25,387 nucleotides of DNA. Origin: Clostridiales bacterium. GTDB lineage: Bacteria > Bacillota > Clostridia > Oscillospirales > Acutalibacteraceae. The position numbers were made by a program, and so were the translations under genes. The stretch lies in NCBI GenBank assembly GCA_019421725.1, contig JAHZES010000004.1:1-25387 (forward strand). Reading direction: 5' to 3'. Positions 16,669 to 24,370 of this stretch are shown here, in pieces; the stretch's first letter is position 1; every line of letters begins with the position of its first letter. The notes beneath the pieces were generated by a model. That model was not told the DNA's origin, did no database searches, and saw only the letters and a list, made by a program, of their open reading frames with translations.

Positions 16669-17100
16669 TTACTGGAGAGAAACAAGCGGTGTGCCAGAGT
16701 CTACGCTCTGCCCCTTGCTGACGTGAATTCCGGCGACAACACCGTCATGCGGCGCCATAATCTCATTCTCCATCTTCATGGCCTCCAGAATAACCAACAC
16801 GTCTCCTTCGGAAACGGACTGACCTACCGTAACGTCTACGCTGACAATCGTGCCGGGCATCGGAGAATTAATGGTCTCGGCATCCGCTGCAGGAGCCGGA
16901 GCTGCCGCAGGGGCAGGCGCAGGAGCGGGAGCGGAAACCGGAGCAGCCGCAGGCGCTGCTGCAGGAGCGGGAGCAGAAACCGGAGCAGCCGCAGATGCTG
17001 CTGCAGGAGCAGGAACCGAAGCCGCAGGAACGCCTGCTCCTGTTTCTTCCACCTGAACATCATAGGAAACGCCGTTAACGGTAATTTTAAGATTTTTCAT
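16669..17100 (-). CDS. Biotin carboxyl carrier protein (transcarboxylase 1.3S / MmdC-like)
   Basis: N-terminal LKITVNGVSYDVQVEE, Ala/Pro linker, SPMPG and EAMKM biotinylation motif. Confidence 0.95.
   Translation of the reverse strand: MKNLKITVNGVSYDVQVEETGAGVPAASVPAPAAASAAAPVSAPAPAAAPAAAPVSAPAPAPAPAAAPAPAADAETINSPMPGTIVSVDVTVGQSVSEGDVLVILEAMKMENEIMAPHDGVVAGIHVSKGQSVDSGTPLVSLQ
16919..17010. repeat. 42-bp tandem repeat (about 2.2 copies) encoding the Ala/Pro linker of the biotin carrier
   Basis: Units 16919-16960 and 16961-17002 match at 39 of 42 positions; a partial third unit starts at 17003. Confidence 0.85.
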
Positions 17101-17142
17101 GATATTACTCTTCCTTTCGTAGCGGGCGCAACGCCCCGGTTT

Positions 17143-18537
17143 TTATAGCTGAATATTAGAGTGTTTCTTGGGAAGCCGACTCACGCGTTTGCCTGCAAGC
17201 ATATCAAACGCGTTGATGAGACAGGCTCTGGTCTCTGCCGGAACAATCACATCATCAATGAAGCCCGCTTCAGCCGCAGCAAGCGGTGACGCTTCTGTAT
17301 CCATGTAATTACGAACAATTTCCTCACGCTGGGTTTTGGGATCCGTCATGGCAGCAAGCTGTTCCTCACAGAGAATGGCAACTGCAGCTTTGGGTTCCAA
17401 CGCAGAAATTACCGCGCTGGGCCATGCGACGGTCAGGTCGGCATTCGCCGCACGGCCAGCCATCGCAATAAACGCAGAACCGTAAGCAGTGCCCGTTATA
17501 ACGGAAATTTTTACCGTAGTGGCTTCCGCATATGCGTGCGCAAGCATGGACGCTTCTCTAAGAGATGCAAAACCGGTGCTGTTGACCAACGTTACGACCG
17601 GAATCGCAAAAGCGTCGCAAAAACGGACAAATCGGGAAATCTTTTCGCATGCGGCAGCATCGATCGCACCGGAATCCGTAGCAACTACCCCGCAAACGGA
17701 ACCGCCGACGGTAGCCATTTCACAGACCGCACCCGTACCGAAATCCTTAAGCAATTCAATCGCGCTGCCTGCGTCTACGACGGCCGCAACAATTTCTGAA
17801 GCGACGGCTGCAGAACAGTCAGCATCCAACTTGGCTGCGGCTGCATTTAAAAGCGCCGCACCGTTCTCCGGCTCTGAAAACTCGCACATCAAAGGAGTTT
17901 CCAAGTTATTAGAGGGCAGCATGGAAACAAAATTACGCGCTAAGACAACTGCATCCTCGCCGTTTTCGGCAATCAGGTGCGCTGCGCCGGACTTTGCGGC
18001 TTCCTCCGCACTTTCGTCGCTGCCGTTTACTGCTACGCCAAAGACCGCATCCTTTGCCATAATTACAAAATCCGCGCCTGCCGCAATCATAGCCGAAGTA
18101 CCCACGCAAGTTCCTGCAATTACAGAAATCTGCGGGACAACACCCGAAAGATTGTTGCTCTGCAGCAGCAGATCTCCGTAAGCGGCCAGCATTTCATTGC
18201 CTTCCTTCAGGCGGCCGCCGTTGGAATCAAAAATTCCGACAACAGGCGCTCCTGTTTTGACAGCAAGATCGTAAACCTTTTTGATTTTGGCTGCCTGCGC
18301 CTTCGACATTGCACCCCCGGCGATCTCGCTGTTCTGTGAGAACGCGTACACAGGGTTGCCGTTAACCGAACCAAAACCGGCTACGACCTCGGCCTGTCCC
18401 TTTCCGGATTTTGCAAGGCTGTCGATCTCGACAAAGGTTCCCTCGTCAAACAGCGCCAAAATCCGTTTTTTTGCCGGAGCATTGTCCTGCGCTGCATGCG
18501 ATTTCTGAACCAGTTCGAGCTTTGTATCCATACTCAT
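17143..18537 (-). CDS. Acyl-CoA carboxyltransferase subunit (PccB/MmdA/transcarboxylase 12S-like), divergent and shortened
   Basis: RILALFDEGTF, DSNGGRLKEG, SGVVPQIS, RFVRFCDAFAIP, GFIDDVIVPAETR and KKHSNIQL. Confidence 0.9.
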   Translation of the reverse strand: MSMDTKLELVQKSHAAQDNAPAKKRILALFDEGTFVEIDSLAKSGKGQAEVVAGFGSVNGNPVYAFSQNSEIAGGAMSKAQAAKIKKVYDLAVKTGAPVVGIFDSNGGRLKEGNEMLAAYGDLLLQSNNLSGVVPQISVIAGTCVGTSAMIAAGADFVIMAKDAVFGVAVNGSDESAEEAAKSGAAHLIAENGEDAVVLARNFVSMLPSNNLETPLMCEFSEPENGAALLNAAAAKLDADCSAAVASEIVAAVVDAGSAIELLKDFGTGAVCEMATVGGSVCGVVATDSGAIDAAACEKISRFVRFCDAFAIPVVTLVNSTGFASLREASMLAHAYAEATTVKISVITGTAYGSAFIAMAGRAANADLTVAWPSAVISALEPKAAVAILCEEQLAAMTDPKTQREEIVRNYMDTEASPLAAAEAGFIDDVIVPAETRACLINAFDMLAGKRVSRLPKKHSNIQL

Positions 18538-18594
18538 TCCAGTTCCTCCGTTTCTTTGTGGGTAATAATTAATAAAAAAATCGAAATTAGAATT

Positions 18595-18623
18595 ATTATA
18601 TTACATTGTGAGAAATATAACAA
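18595..18623 (-). promoter_or_regulatory. SigA promoter of the carboxyltransferase operon
   Basis: TTGTTA-17 nt-TATAAT in an AT-rich intergenic region. Confidence 0.7.
18606..18623. promoter_or_regulatory. Rex-like operator overlapping the -35 element
   Basis: TTGTGAGAAATATAACAA compared with the Rex consensus TTGT(G/T)AAnnnnTT(C/A)ACAA: 18 bp, 2 mismatches. Confidence 0.62.
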
Positions 18624-18642
18624 GTCCTTTAAATTTCATTTT

Positions 18643-19044
18643 TCAGTTTTGGCATCCCGCACATTTATGTATCAATTTTTGCAATTTAATTGTGTAAATT
18701 CCAACTGAATCCTTTTCAAATTTTAACTCAGGCAAAAAGGATTCCAGCGACGCCTCTTCACAACTGATCTCTGGAATGTAGCGGTTCAGCGCATAAGAGG
18801 CCGCGGAACGGATCATCAACTCTGCAAGCAGTTTTTCTTCCTCGCTCATCGCCTCTCCTGCCGCTCGGCCGGTCAACTGCATCTGCGGAATAACTAGCCG
18901 ATTTTCTTCCTCCCGTACGGAAAACCATCCAATTTCTTTTCCTGCCTCAACAGCAGAATAAATACAGCTGAACTCTCTGCACACCGGGTGCGTCTTACAA
19001 AATTTATCTTTTTCCTTTTCCGGGACCGGCAGCACAGATATCAT
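18643..19044 (-). CDS. Hypothetical protein with a C-terminal CxxC; possibly a degenerate GNAT-like fold
   Basis: Co-oriented after rluB with a GAAAGGA RBS and likely start ATG 19044; ends KCAGCQN. No family recognised. Confidence 0.75.
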   Translation of the reverse strand: MISVLPVPEKEKDKFCKTHPVCREFSCIYSAVEAGKEIGWFSVREEENRLVIPQMQLTGRAAGEAMSEEEKLLAELMIRSAASYALNRYIPEISCEEASLESFLPELKFEKDSVGIYTIKLQKLIHKCAGCQN

Positions 19045-19073
19045 AATGACCATTCCTTTCTTTCTGATAACGC

Positions 19074-19814
19074 TTACGGCTCGGATGCGTCGTTTTTAGC
19101 GGCGGTTGTGAGGGATGAGACTTCTTGCGAGGTCAATTCTCTCCAATCTCCGGGTTTCAGCATTCCCATTTTCACATTACCGATCGCCGTCCGCTTTAAG
19201 CGTGCAACCTCAAGACCAAGCGCCTCGCACATTTTACGGATCTGTCGATTGCGGCCCTCGTAAAGATTGATTTCCAATACTACACGTCCCGGCTCCCGAG
19301 TAAGGATCCTGACATCGGCAGGCGCAGTCCGATAGCCATCGATGACCATGCCCGTCATCAACGCGGTAATCTGATCTTCCGTAATGTCCGGCCGGACCGT
19401 CACCCGATAGGTCTTGCCAATATGCCGCGACGGATGCATCATTTTCTGCGCAAATTCACCGTCATTAGTGAAAAAAAGCAGTCCTTCCGACTCGCGATCC
19501 AATCGGCCGACCGGATAAATGCGCGCACCAACATTCTGCACCAATTCTGCCACGCACTTTCGACCCATTTCGTCACTCATCGTCGTTACATAACCGCGCG
19601 GCTTATGCAGCATGATGTAGATCATTTTTTTCTGCGCAACCACACGGCGTCCGTGAACCGAGACCTTGTCTCTGGACGGGTCTACCTTATCCCCCACCTG
19701 AACGGGTTTTCCGTTAACGCGTACCGCGCCGGCAGCGATCATTTCCTCTGCTTTTCTCCGAGATGCGATCCCGCAATCTGCGAGAAACTTCTGCAGACGT
19801 ACTTCCTGTTTCAA
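19074..19814 (-). CDS. rluB: Pseudouridine synthase, RluB/RsuA family
   Basis: S4 domain RLQKFLA..SRRKAEE, catalytic PVGRLD, EGRNRQIRKM; scpAB-dacB-rluB synteny. Confidence 0.92.
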   Translation of the reverse strand: MKQEVRLQKFLADCGIASRRKAEEMIAAGAVRVNGKPVQVGDKVDPSRDKVSVHGRRVVAQKKMIYIMLHKPRGYVTTMSDEMGRKCVAELVQNVGARIYPVGRLDRESEGLLFFTNDGEFAQKMMHPSRHIGKTYRVTVRPDITEDQITALMTGMVIDGYRTAPADVRILTREPGRVVLEINLYEGRNRQIRKMCEALGLEVARLKRTAIGNVKMGMLKPGDWRELTSQEVSSLTTAAKNDASEP

Positions 19815-19838
19815 ACAGCATCCACCATACCTTCCAAA

Positions 19839-20987
19839 TTATTTTCCTATTCCAAATAAATTGCGAAAGAACTCGCCGACTTTTTCAAACCAACTACGCT
19901 TTCTTTCTACAAAATCAATTTTTTCACCTGTAACCAGCGAAAGCTCCGCGACTGTTTCTCCGTCAAGCGTATAAACCAGACGCCCCGCGACCTGACCGGG
20001 AAGCGTAGGAGCATACAGAAACGGTTCTGTTTCCAAACGCATTTGAATATCAGCCGCGCGTCCCGCCGGGATTACTGCCTCCACAGGCGGCGCCTCTTTT
20101 AGAACCGTGCGGCATTCTTTCCCCGTTCCAACCACCGGCACTGTGATCTGCATACCGGATTCGGCAAAAACTACACGTTCTATCTGCCCAAATCCGTATT
20201 CCATCATCTTCTTGTGATCGTTCCAATCATCGGGGTCATTCAACGTTACCGCCACTAATTGGATGCCGTCCCGTTCACAGCTGCTGACGAGACAGCGTCC
20301 GCTCTTTTTGGTAAAGCCCGTCTTGATACCGTTGCAGCCGGACAATTCCAACAGCAGCCGATTATGGTTATAAAAAGTTCTTCGAATCTCCGGCTCTGTA
20401 AAATCGACCGTCATGCTTTTCTGTGAAACAATCGCAGAAAAATCCGGACAACGCATGGCGGCACACCCCAATACCGCCATATCAAATGCAGTGGTATAAT
20501 GTTCTTCGTCATCCAGGCCTGACGGCGTGACAAAATGCGTATTTTTCATACCGAGACTTTTCGCATACTCGTTCATTTTTTCAGCAAACGCCTTTTGGGA
20601 ACCCGCCAACGTAATGGCAATTGCATTGGCAGCATCATTACCCGATTCCAGCAGTAACCCAATCACCAGAGCGCGCAATGTCAGTCTTTCTCCTGCTTTC
20701 AGATAAATAGACGAGCCCTCTACTTCAATCATTTCCTGCGTAATTTCAACCACGTCATCCAACCGCTCAGACTGAACCGCGATCAGCGCCGTCATAATTT
20801 TTGTTGTACTTGCCATTGATCGTCGTTCTTCGCTGTTCTTTGCGAAAAGAACCCTGTTGCTCTGCGTCTCCATTAAAACTGCTGAAAAAGCACAGACATC
20901 CGGCTGTTCTGCTCCAGCAGCCGGAAAATTCAAAAGCAACGCACTCGCCATTAATATGGCTGTCAGTAAGGAAATGATCCGATTCAT
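19839..20987 (-). CDS. dacB: D-alanyl-D-alanine carboxypeptidase (peptidase S11, DacB/PBP5*-like)
   Basis: Signal peptide, STTK (SxxK), SGN and KTG motifs, C-terminal amphipathic helix. Likely start is ATG 20987. Confidence 0.85.
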   Translation of the reverse strand: MNRIISLLTAILMASALLLNFPAAGAEQPDVCAFSAVLMETQSNRVLFAKNSEERRSMASTTKIMTALIAVQSERLDDVVEITQEMIEVEGSSIYLKAGERLTLRALVIGLLLESGNDAANAIAITLAGSQKAFAEKMNEYAKSLGMKNTHFVTPSGLDDEEHYTTAFDMAVLGCAAMRCPDFSAIVSQKSMTVDFTEPEIRRTFYNHNRLLLELSGCNGIKTGFTKKSGRCLVSSCERDGIQLVAVTLNDPDDWNDHKKMMEYGFGQIERVVFAESGMQITVPVVGTGKECRTVLKEAPPVEAVIPAGRAADIQMRLETEPFLYAPTLPGQVAGRLVYTLDGETVAELSLVTGEKIDFVERKRSWFEKVGEFFRNLFGIGK

Positions 20988-21009
20988 GTTGTCTACACCT
21001 GCCTCACCC

Positions 21010-21018
21010 ATTCATATG
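21010..21018 (-). promoter_or_regulatory. Possible SigE/SigK-type -10 element upstream of dacB
   Basis: CATATGAAT in the short ytfJ-dacB gap; -35 match is poor. dacB is SigE-dependent in B. subtilis. Confidence 0.3.
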
Positions 21019-21039
21019 CATAAGCAGGTGAAAAAACAA

Positions 21040-21489
21040 TTAATTCGCAAGTTTTTCATTAATCTCGGCAGCTGCCTGTTCGGCAATTTTGTCCGATTCT
21101 TCATCCGCAGTCGTCGGATCCTTTTTTCGGTTCTTCACAAATCCGCTGATCTTATCTACCGCTTCCGGAACCATTTCTACGATGCGATCCGCCGTCGTTA
21201 CAGGAGGATTGACCGGCAGCAGCTTAACTGCTCCTCCGCTAATCGTCAAAAAAGCGATAGGAGCAATGGTCACTCCCGCTCCGCCCCCGCCGCCGAACAG
21301 CTCTCGCGTCGTTGTTTTTGAGGGCAGGTCGGAACCGCCGGCCGCAAATCCGTAAGTCACTTTTGAAACCGGAATTACCGTGACGTCTCCTGCCTGAATC
21401 GGCGTACCGATAATTGTATTGGCATCCACCATGGCCTTGATTTTCTCAATGGTTTTGTCCATCATGCTTTCCGCCGTACGCTCTGCCAT
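21040..21489 (-). CDS. ytfJ: Sporulation protein YtfJ/GerW
   Basis: MVDANTIIGTPI, VIPVSKVTYGFAAGGSD and FGGGGGAGVTIAPIAFL. Confidence 0.93.
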   Translation of the reverse strand: MAERTAESMMDKTIEKIKAMVDANTIIGTPIQAGDVTVIPVSKVTYGFAAGGSDLPSKTTTRELFGGGGGAGVTIAPIAFLTISGGAVKLLPVNPPVTTADRIVEMVPEAVDKISGFVKNRKKDPTTADEESDKIAEQAAAEINEKLAN

Positions 21490-21561
21490 AATATAACATC
21501 CTTTCCTGATTTGATTGAAAACGGTTTCTCTGCAGCTGCCTCCGAATAGATAAGACGCCGC

Positions 21562-22186
21562 TCAACGGTCTGTTTGCTCTGTCGTGTTTTTTTTCGCGGT
21601 ATTGCCGTCGGACCTTCCTGCAGCGTCCATTTTTTCTTTCAGCATTAATCGTAAAAAAGAAACGCACGCAGCAACCGCTGCGCAAATCACCCAACCAAGA
21701 CGAAGCCTGATCCGAATCTTGCAACGGATCTGGTATTCTTTAGAAAAAAAATCCGGGTAGATCTGCAAATTGTGCCGTCGGCAGCGTGTCAGTGAAAGCA
21801 GCTGAGCCCATACGGGAAATACCGCTGAGCAGATCCTTCCATACTGTTCCGCCACGGAAGCAGAATCTTCGCCCCCAACGGCAATTTCCGCCTCACAGCG
21901 TTCCGCGATCAGATGTCTGCCTACGCGCTTGACGGCCCGCAATAAAATATGAAGCAGCTTTTTTAAAAAACTCAGAAATCCCCCGAGTCCTTTTCCCTCC
22001 CGAATTTCAGAAAACAGGCTTTGCTTTTCCTTCTTCTCTCCTTTGAGATTCTGCTGTTTCTCCGGCTTCGATCGTTTCCCTCCAGTTTCCGGCGGCAGAA
22101 TTTTCAACGGCACAAAAGCGATTCGGTATCAGCAGAAGAACCAGACAGAAAACAAAAACAGAACCCAAAATAATCCGGCCGGTCAA
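21562..22186 (-). pseudogene. ytfI: YtfI/DUF2953-like protein with a frameshift near codon 22
   Basis: AAGGAGG RBS with TTG 22186 encodes a hydrophobic N-terminus (MTGRIILGSVFVFCLVLLLIP) in a different frame from the body (VPLKILPP...VGGEDSASVAEQYG...IYPDF). Lies directly upstream of ytfJ. Confidence 0.72.
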
Positions 22187-22224
22187 TCTCCATCCTCCTT
22201 TTTACTGCTTCAGAAAGCCTGCTT

Positions 22225-22788
22225 CTAAATTTCTGCGGCGTCCGGGCCGGCTTTATTTTCTTCTGCGGAAGCTTCCTGCGGATGCTGTACCGGCGGCAAT
22301 TCCGCCAAGGAAGTCAGATGAAAGCAGCGCAGAAAATTATCCGTTGTTCCATAAAGCAGCGGGCGCCCCGGAAGTTCCAGCCTTCCCTTTTCTTCGATCA
22401 GCCCTTTTGCAACTAAGCTGGATACGACACCGGAGGAATCCACACCGCGCACCTGCTCTATGAACCCCTTTGTAACCGGTTGGTTGTAAGCTACAATGGC
22501 CAGTATTTCCATTGCCGCCTGCGAAAGAGGCACATTGCGCCGCTGCTCCAAAACGCCCCGGATCTGCTCTGCAAAACATTCCTTGGTACACAGCTGATAA
22601 GTGTCATCCAGCTTTACGATACGCAGACCGCTCGATTCATTTTGCCTTTTTTCCATCATCAATGTCAGGAGCTTGAGCAGCGTCGGCTTGTCCATCTCCA
22701 GCACATCGGCCAGTTTATCTGCCGAAACCGGCTCTCCGCTTGCAAACAAAACTGCCTCAATCGCTGCCTGTGCCTGTATAATCTCCAT
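22225..22788 (-). CDS. scpB: Segregation and condensation protein B
   Basis: IEAVLFASGEP, LSQAAMEILAIVAYNQPVT and PGRPLLYGTT. Likely start ATG 22788 (AAAGGAG 8 nt upstream). Confidence 0.96.
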   Translation of the reverse strand: MEIIQAQAAIEAVLFASGEPVSADKLADVLEMDKPTLLKLLTLMMEKRQNESSGLRIVKLDDTYQLCTKECFAEQIRGVLEQRRNVPLSQAAMEILAIVAYNQPVTKGFIEQVRGVDSSGVVSSLVAKGLIEEKGRLELPGRPLLYGTTDNFLRCFHLTSLAELPPVQHPQEASAEENKAGPDAAEI

Positions 22789-23491
22789 TTCCTGCACTCC
22801 TTTCTGTGTTCAACGTCACAACGCCGTTATTTTCTAAATAAATCCGTTCGGCGCGAATCAATTCCAGGACCGCAAGAAAGGTTGCAATCAGTTCAGATTT
22901 ACTGCGGGAAGAGTTTATCAGACTGCTCAAAGGACACGCGCCACGGCGCAGCGTTCGCAGTACATGGAAAACACGGGAGGACACTGAAACAATCTTATGC
23001 TCCACAATATCGCTGAAGGCTTCCGTCGGCGGAGGAAGCTTTCTTCCACCGCGCCCCACGGCTGCATAGTACGCTTCCGTAAGCTCTCGGACAAGATGTT
23101 CGCGCGTGTAGGTCTGATCTGTATCCAGTTTGCCCGGTTCTCGCACAAAAGAATCAAAGGAAACATGTTCTGCCATTAAAGCCGCTATTCTTTTACATTC
23201 CTGATATTCCAGCAGCTGCCCGGTAAGCTCTTTCTGCAGCTCTTCGGACTCATCGTTTTTAGGCAGCAATGATACCGTTTTCATATATACCAATCGAGCG
23301 GCCATTTCCAAAAACTCGCTTGCAATTTCCAGGTTTTCTTCCCGCATTCGGTTAATCTGCTCCATATACTGCTCAAGCAGCAAAGAAATCTGAATATCGT
23401 AAATATTGAGCTTATTCTTTGCGATCAGATGCAGCAGCAGATCCAGCGGTCCTTCAAAACCGCTCAGCTTATAGGATATCAATTGCGTCAT
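22757..23491 (-). CDS. scpA: Segregation and condensation protein A (kleisin)
   Basis: FEGPLDLLLHLI, EFLEMAARL and TFLAVLEL. Confidence 0.96.
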   Translation of the reverse strand: MTQLISYKLSGFEGPLDLLLHLIAKNKLNIYDIQISLLLEQYMEQINRMREENLEIASEFLEMAARLVYMKTVSLLPKNDESEELQKELTGQLLEYQECKRIAALMAEHVSFDSFVREPGKLDTDQTYTREHLVRELTEAYYAAVGRGGRKLPPPTEAFSDIVEHKIVSVSSRVFHVLRTLRRGACPLSSLINSSRSKSELIATFLAVLELIRAERIYLENNGVVTLNTERSAGNGDYTGTGSD

Positions 23492-23531
23492 TCATTTGCC
23501 ATGCCTTTCCTGAAAAATCTCTGACAACAGA

Positions 23532-24221
23532 TTACAACCCAAAAAGCCGGAATGGCAAATCCGCAACCCACAAGACGCCCTGCAGCGCATGACCGTTCAA
23601 AAAATCCAGCACCGGATCCAGGATGCCGGAAAAAAGAACCACAGCCAAGCCCCAAAAAATGAAGCGCTCATAACGCGCAATGGAATTGACCCATTTTTCC
23701 GGCAGTATTGCGCTGAAAATCCGGGAGCCATCCAGAGGCGGGATCGGAATCAAATTGAATACCGCAAGAGAAATGTTGATCACGATCATCGCAGAAAAGA
23801 AATAATATAAAATCTGATACCCTGTCGTAGCAAAAAAAGCTGCAGGCAAAAAAACAATACAGGCATTAAAAACAACGGCCGATATCAATGCCATTAATAG
23901 ATTGGAAAGCGGACCTGCCAAAGCCGTTAACGCCATACCGCTCTTTCGGTTATTAAAATAAAAGGGATTGACCGGAACCGGTTTTGCCCAGCCGAAACCA
24001 AACAGGACCAAAAACAGCGCGCCAAACGGATCCAGATGCGCCATCGGGTTCAATGTCAACCTTCCCTGCTCCCGTGCCGTATGATCGCCCAACCTTTCTG
24101 CGGCCCAGCCATGGGCACATTCATGAACGGGCAGCACAAAAAATATAATCAGCAGCCGGGTCCCAAGACCGATCAGCAGCTGCAGATAGTCTCCGGTTTT
24201 GATCGCGTCCAAAATCCACAT
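23532..24221 (-). CDS. Site-2 protease family (M50) intramembrane metalloprotease, YwhC-like
   Basis: HECAH, GRLTLNP, GWAKPVP, AGPLSN and FNLIPIPPLDG; GTG start with GGAG RBS. Confidence 0.94.
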   Translation of the reverse strand: MWILDAIKTGDYLQLLIGLGTRLLIIFFVLPVHECAHGWAAERLGDHTAREQGRLTLNPMAHLDPFGALFLVLFGFGWAKPVPVNPFYFNNRKSGMALTALAGPLSNLLMALISAVVFNACIVFLPAAFFATTGYQILYYFFSAMIVINISLAVFNLIPIPPLDGSRIFSAILPEKWVNSIARYERFIFWGLAVVLFSGILDPVLDFLNGHALQGVLWVADLPFRLFGL

Positions 24222-24322
24222 AATTCATTCTCCGCTCCGTCAGTTAAATTTTTGAGCCCTCCGGCCTGAATGCCTTTTTCTCAGAACGACATATCACCGT
24301 TTCGGGAACGATTATTAAATTT

Positions 24323-24351
24323 ATTATAACTGACTTGCAAAATAATTACAA
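24323..24351 (-). promoter_or_regulatory. SigA promoter of the S2P-scpAB operon
   Basis: TTGTAA-17 nt-TATAAT. Confidence 0.7.
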
Positions 24352-24370
24352 GCAAAAGCCAGCTGTTTCG

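Noticed and set aside
16880..17040. GC-rich repeats as a CRISPR array or mobile-element repeat
   Set aside because: They are in-frame coding repeats of an Ala/Pro linker, with no unique spacers or cas genes.
17489..18181. 230-aa Ala/Ser/Thr-rich plus-strand ORF
   Set aside because: Its composition is explained by the reverse complement of the Ala-rich CT gene.
24222..24316. Riboswitch or T-box in the roughly 95-nt leader of the S2P-scpAB operon
   Set aside because: Only short hairpins; no recognisable aptamer, T-box motif or terminator. An Rfam/Infernal scan would settle it.
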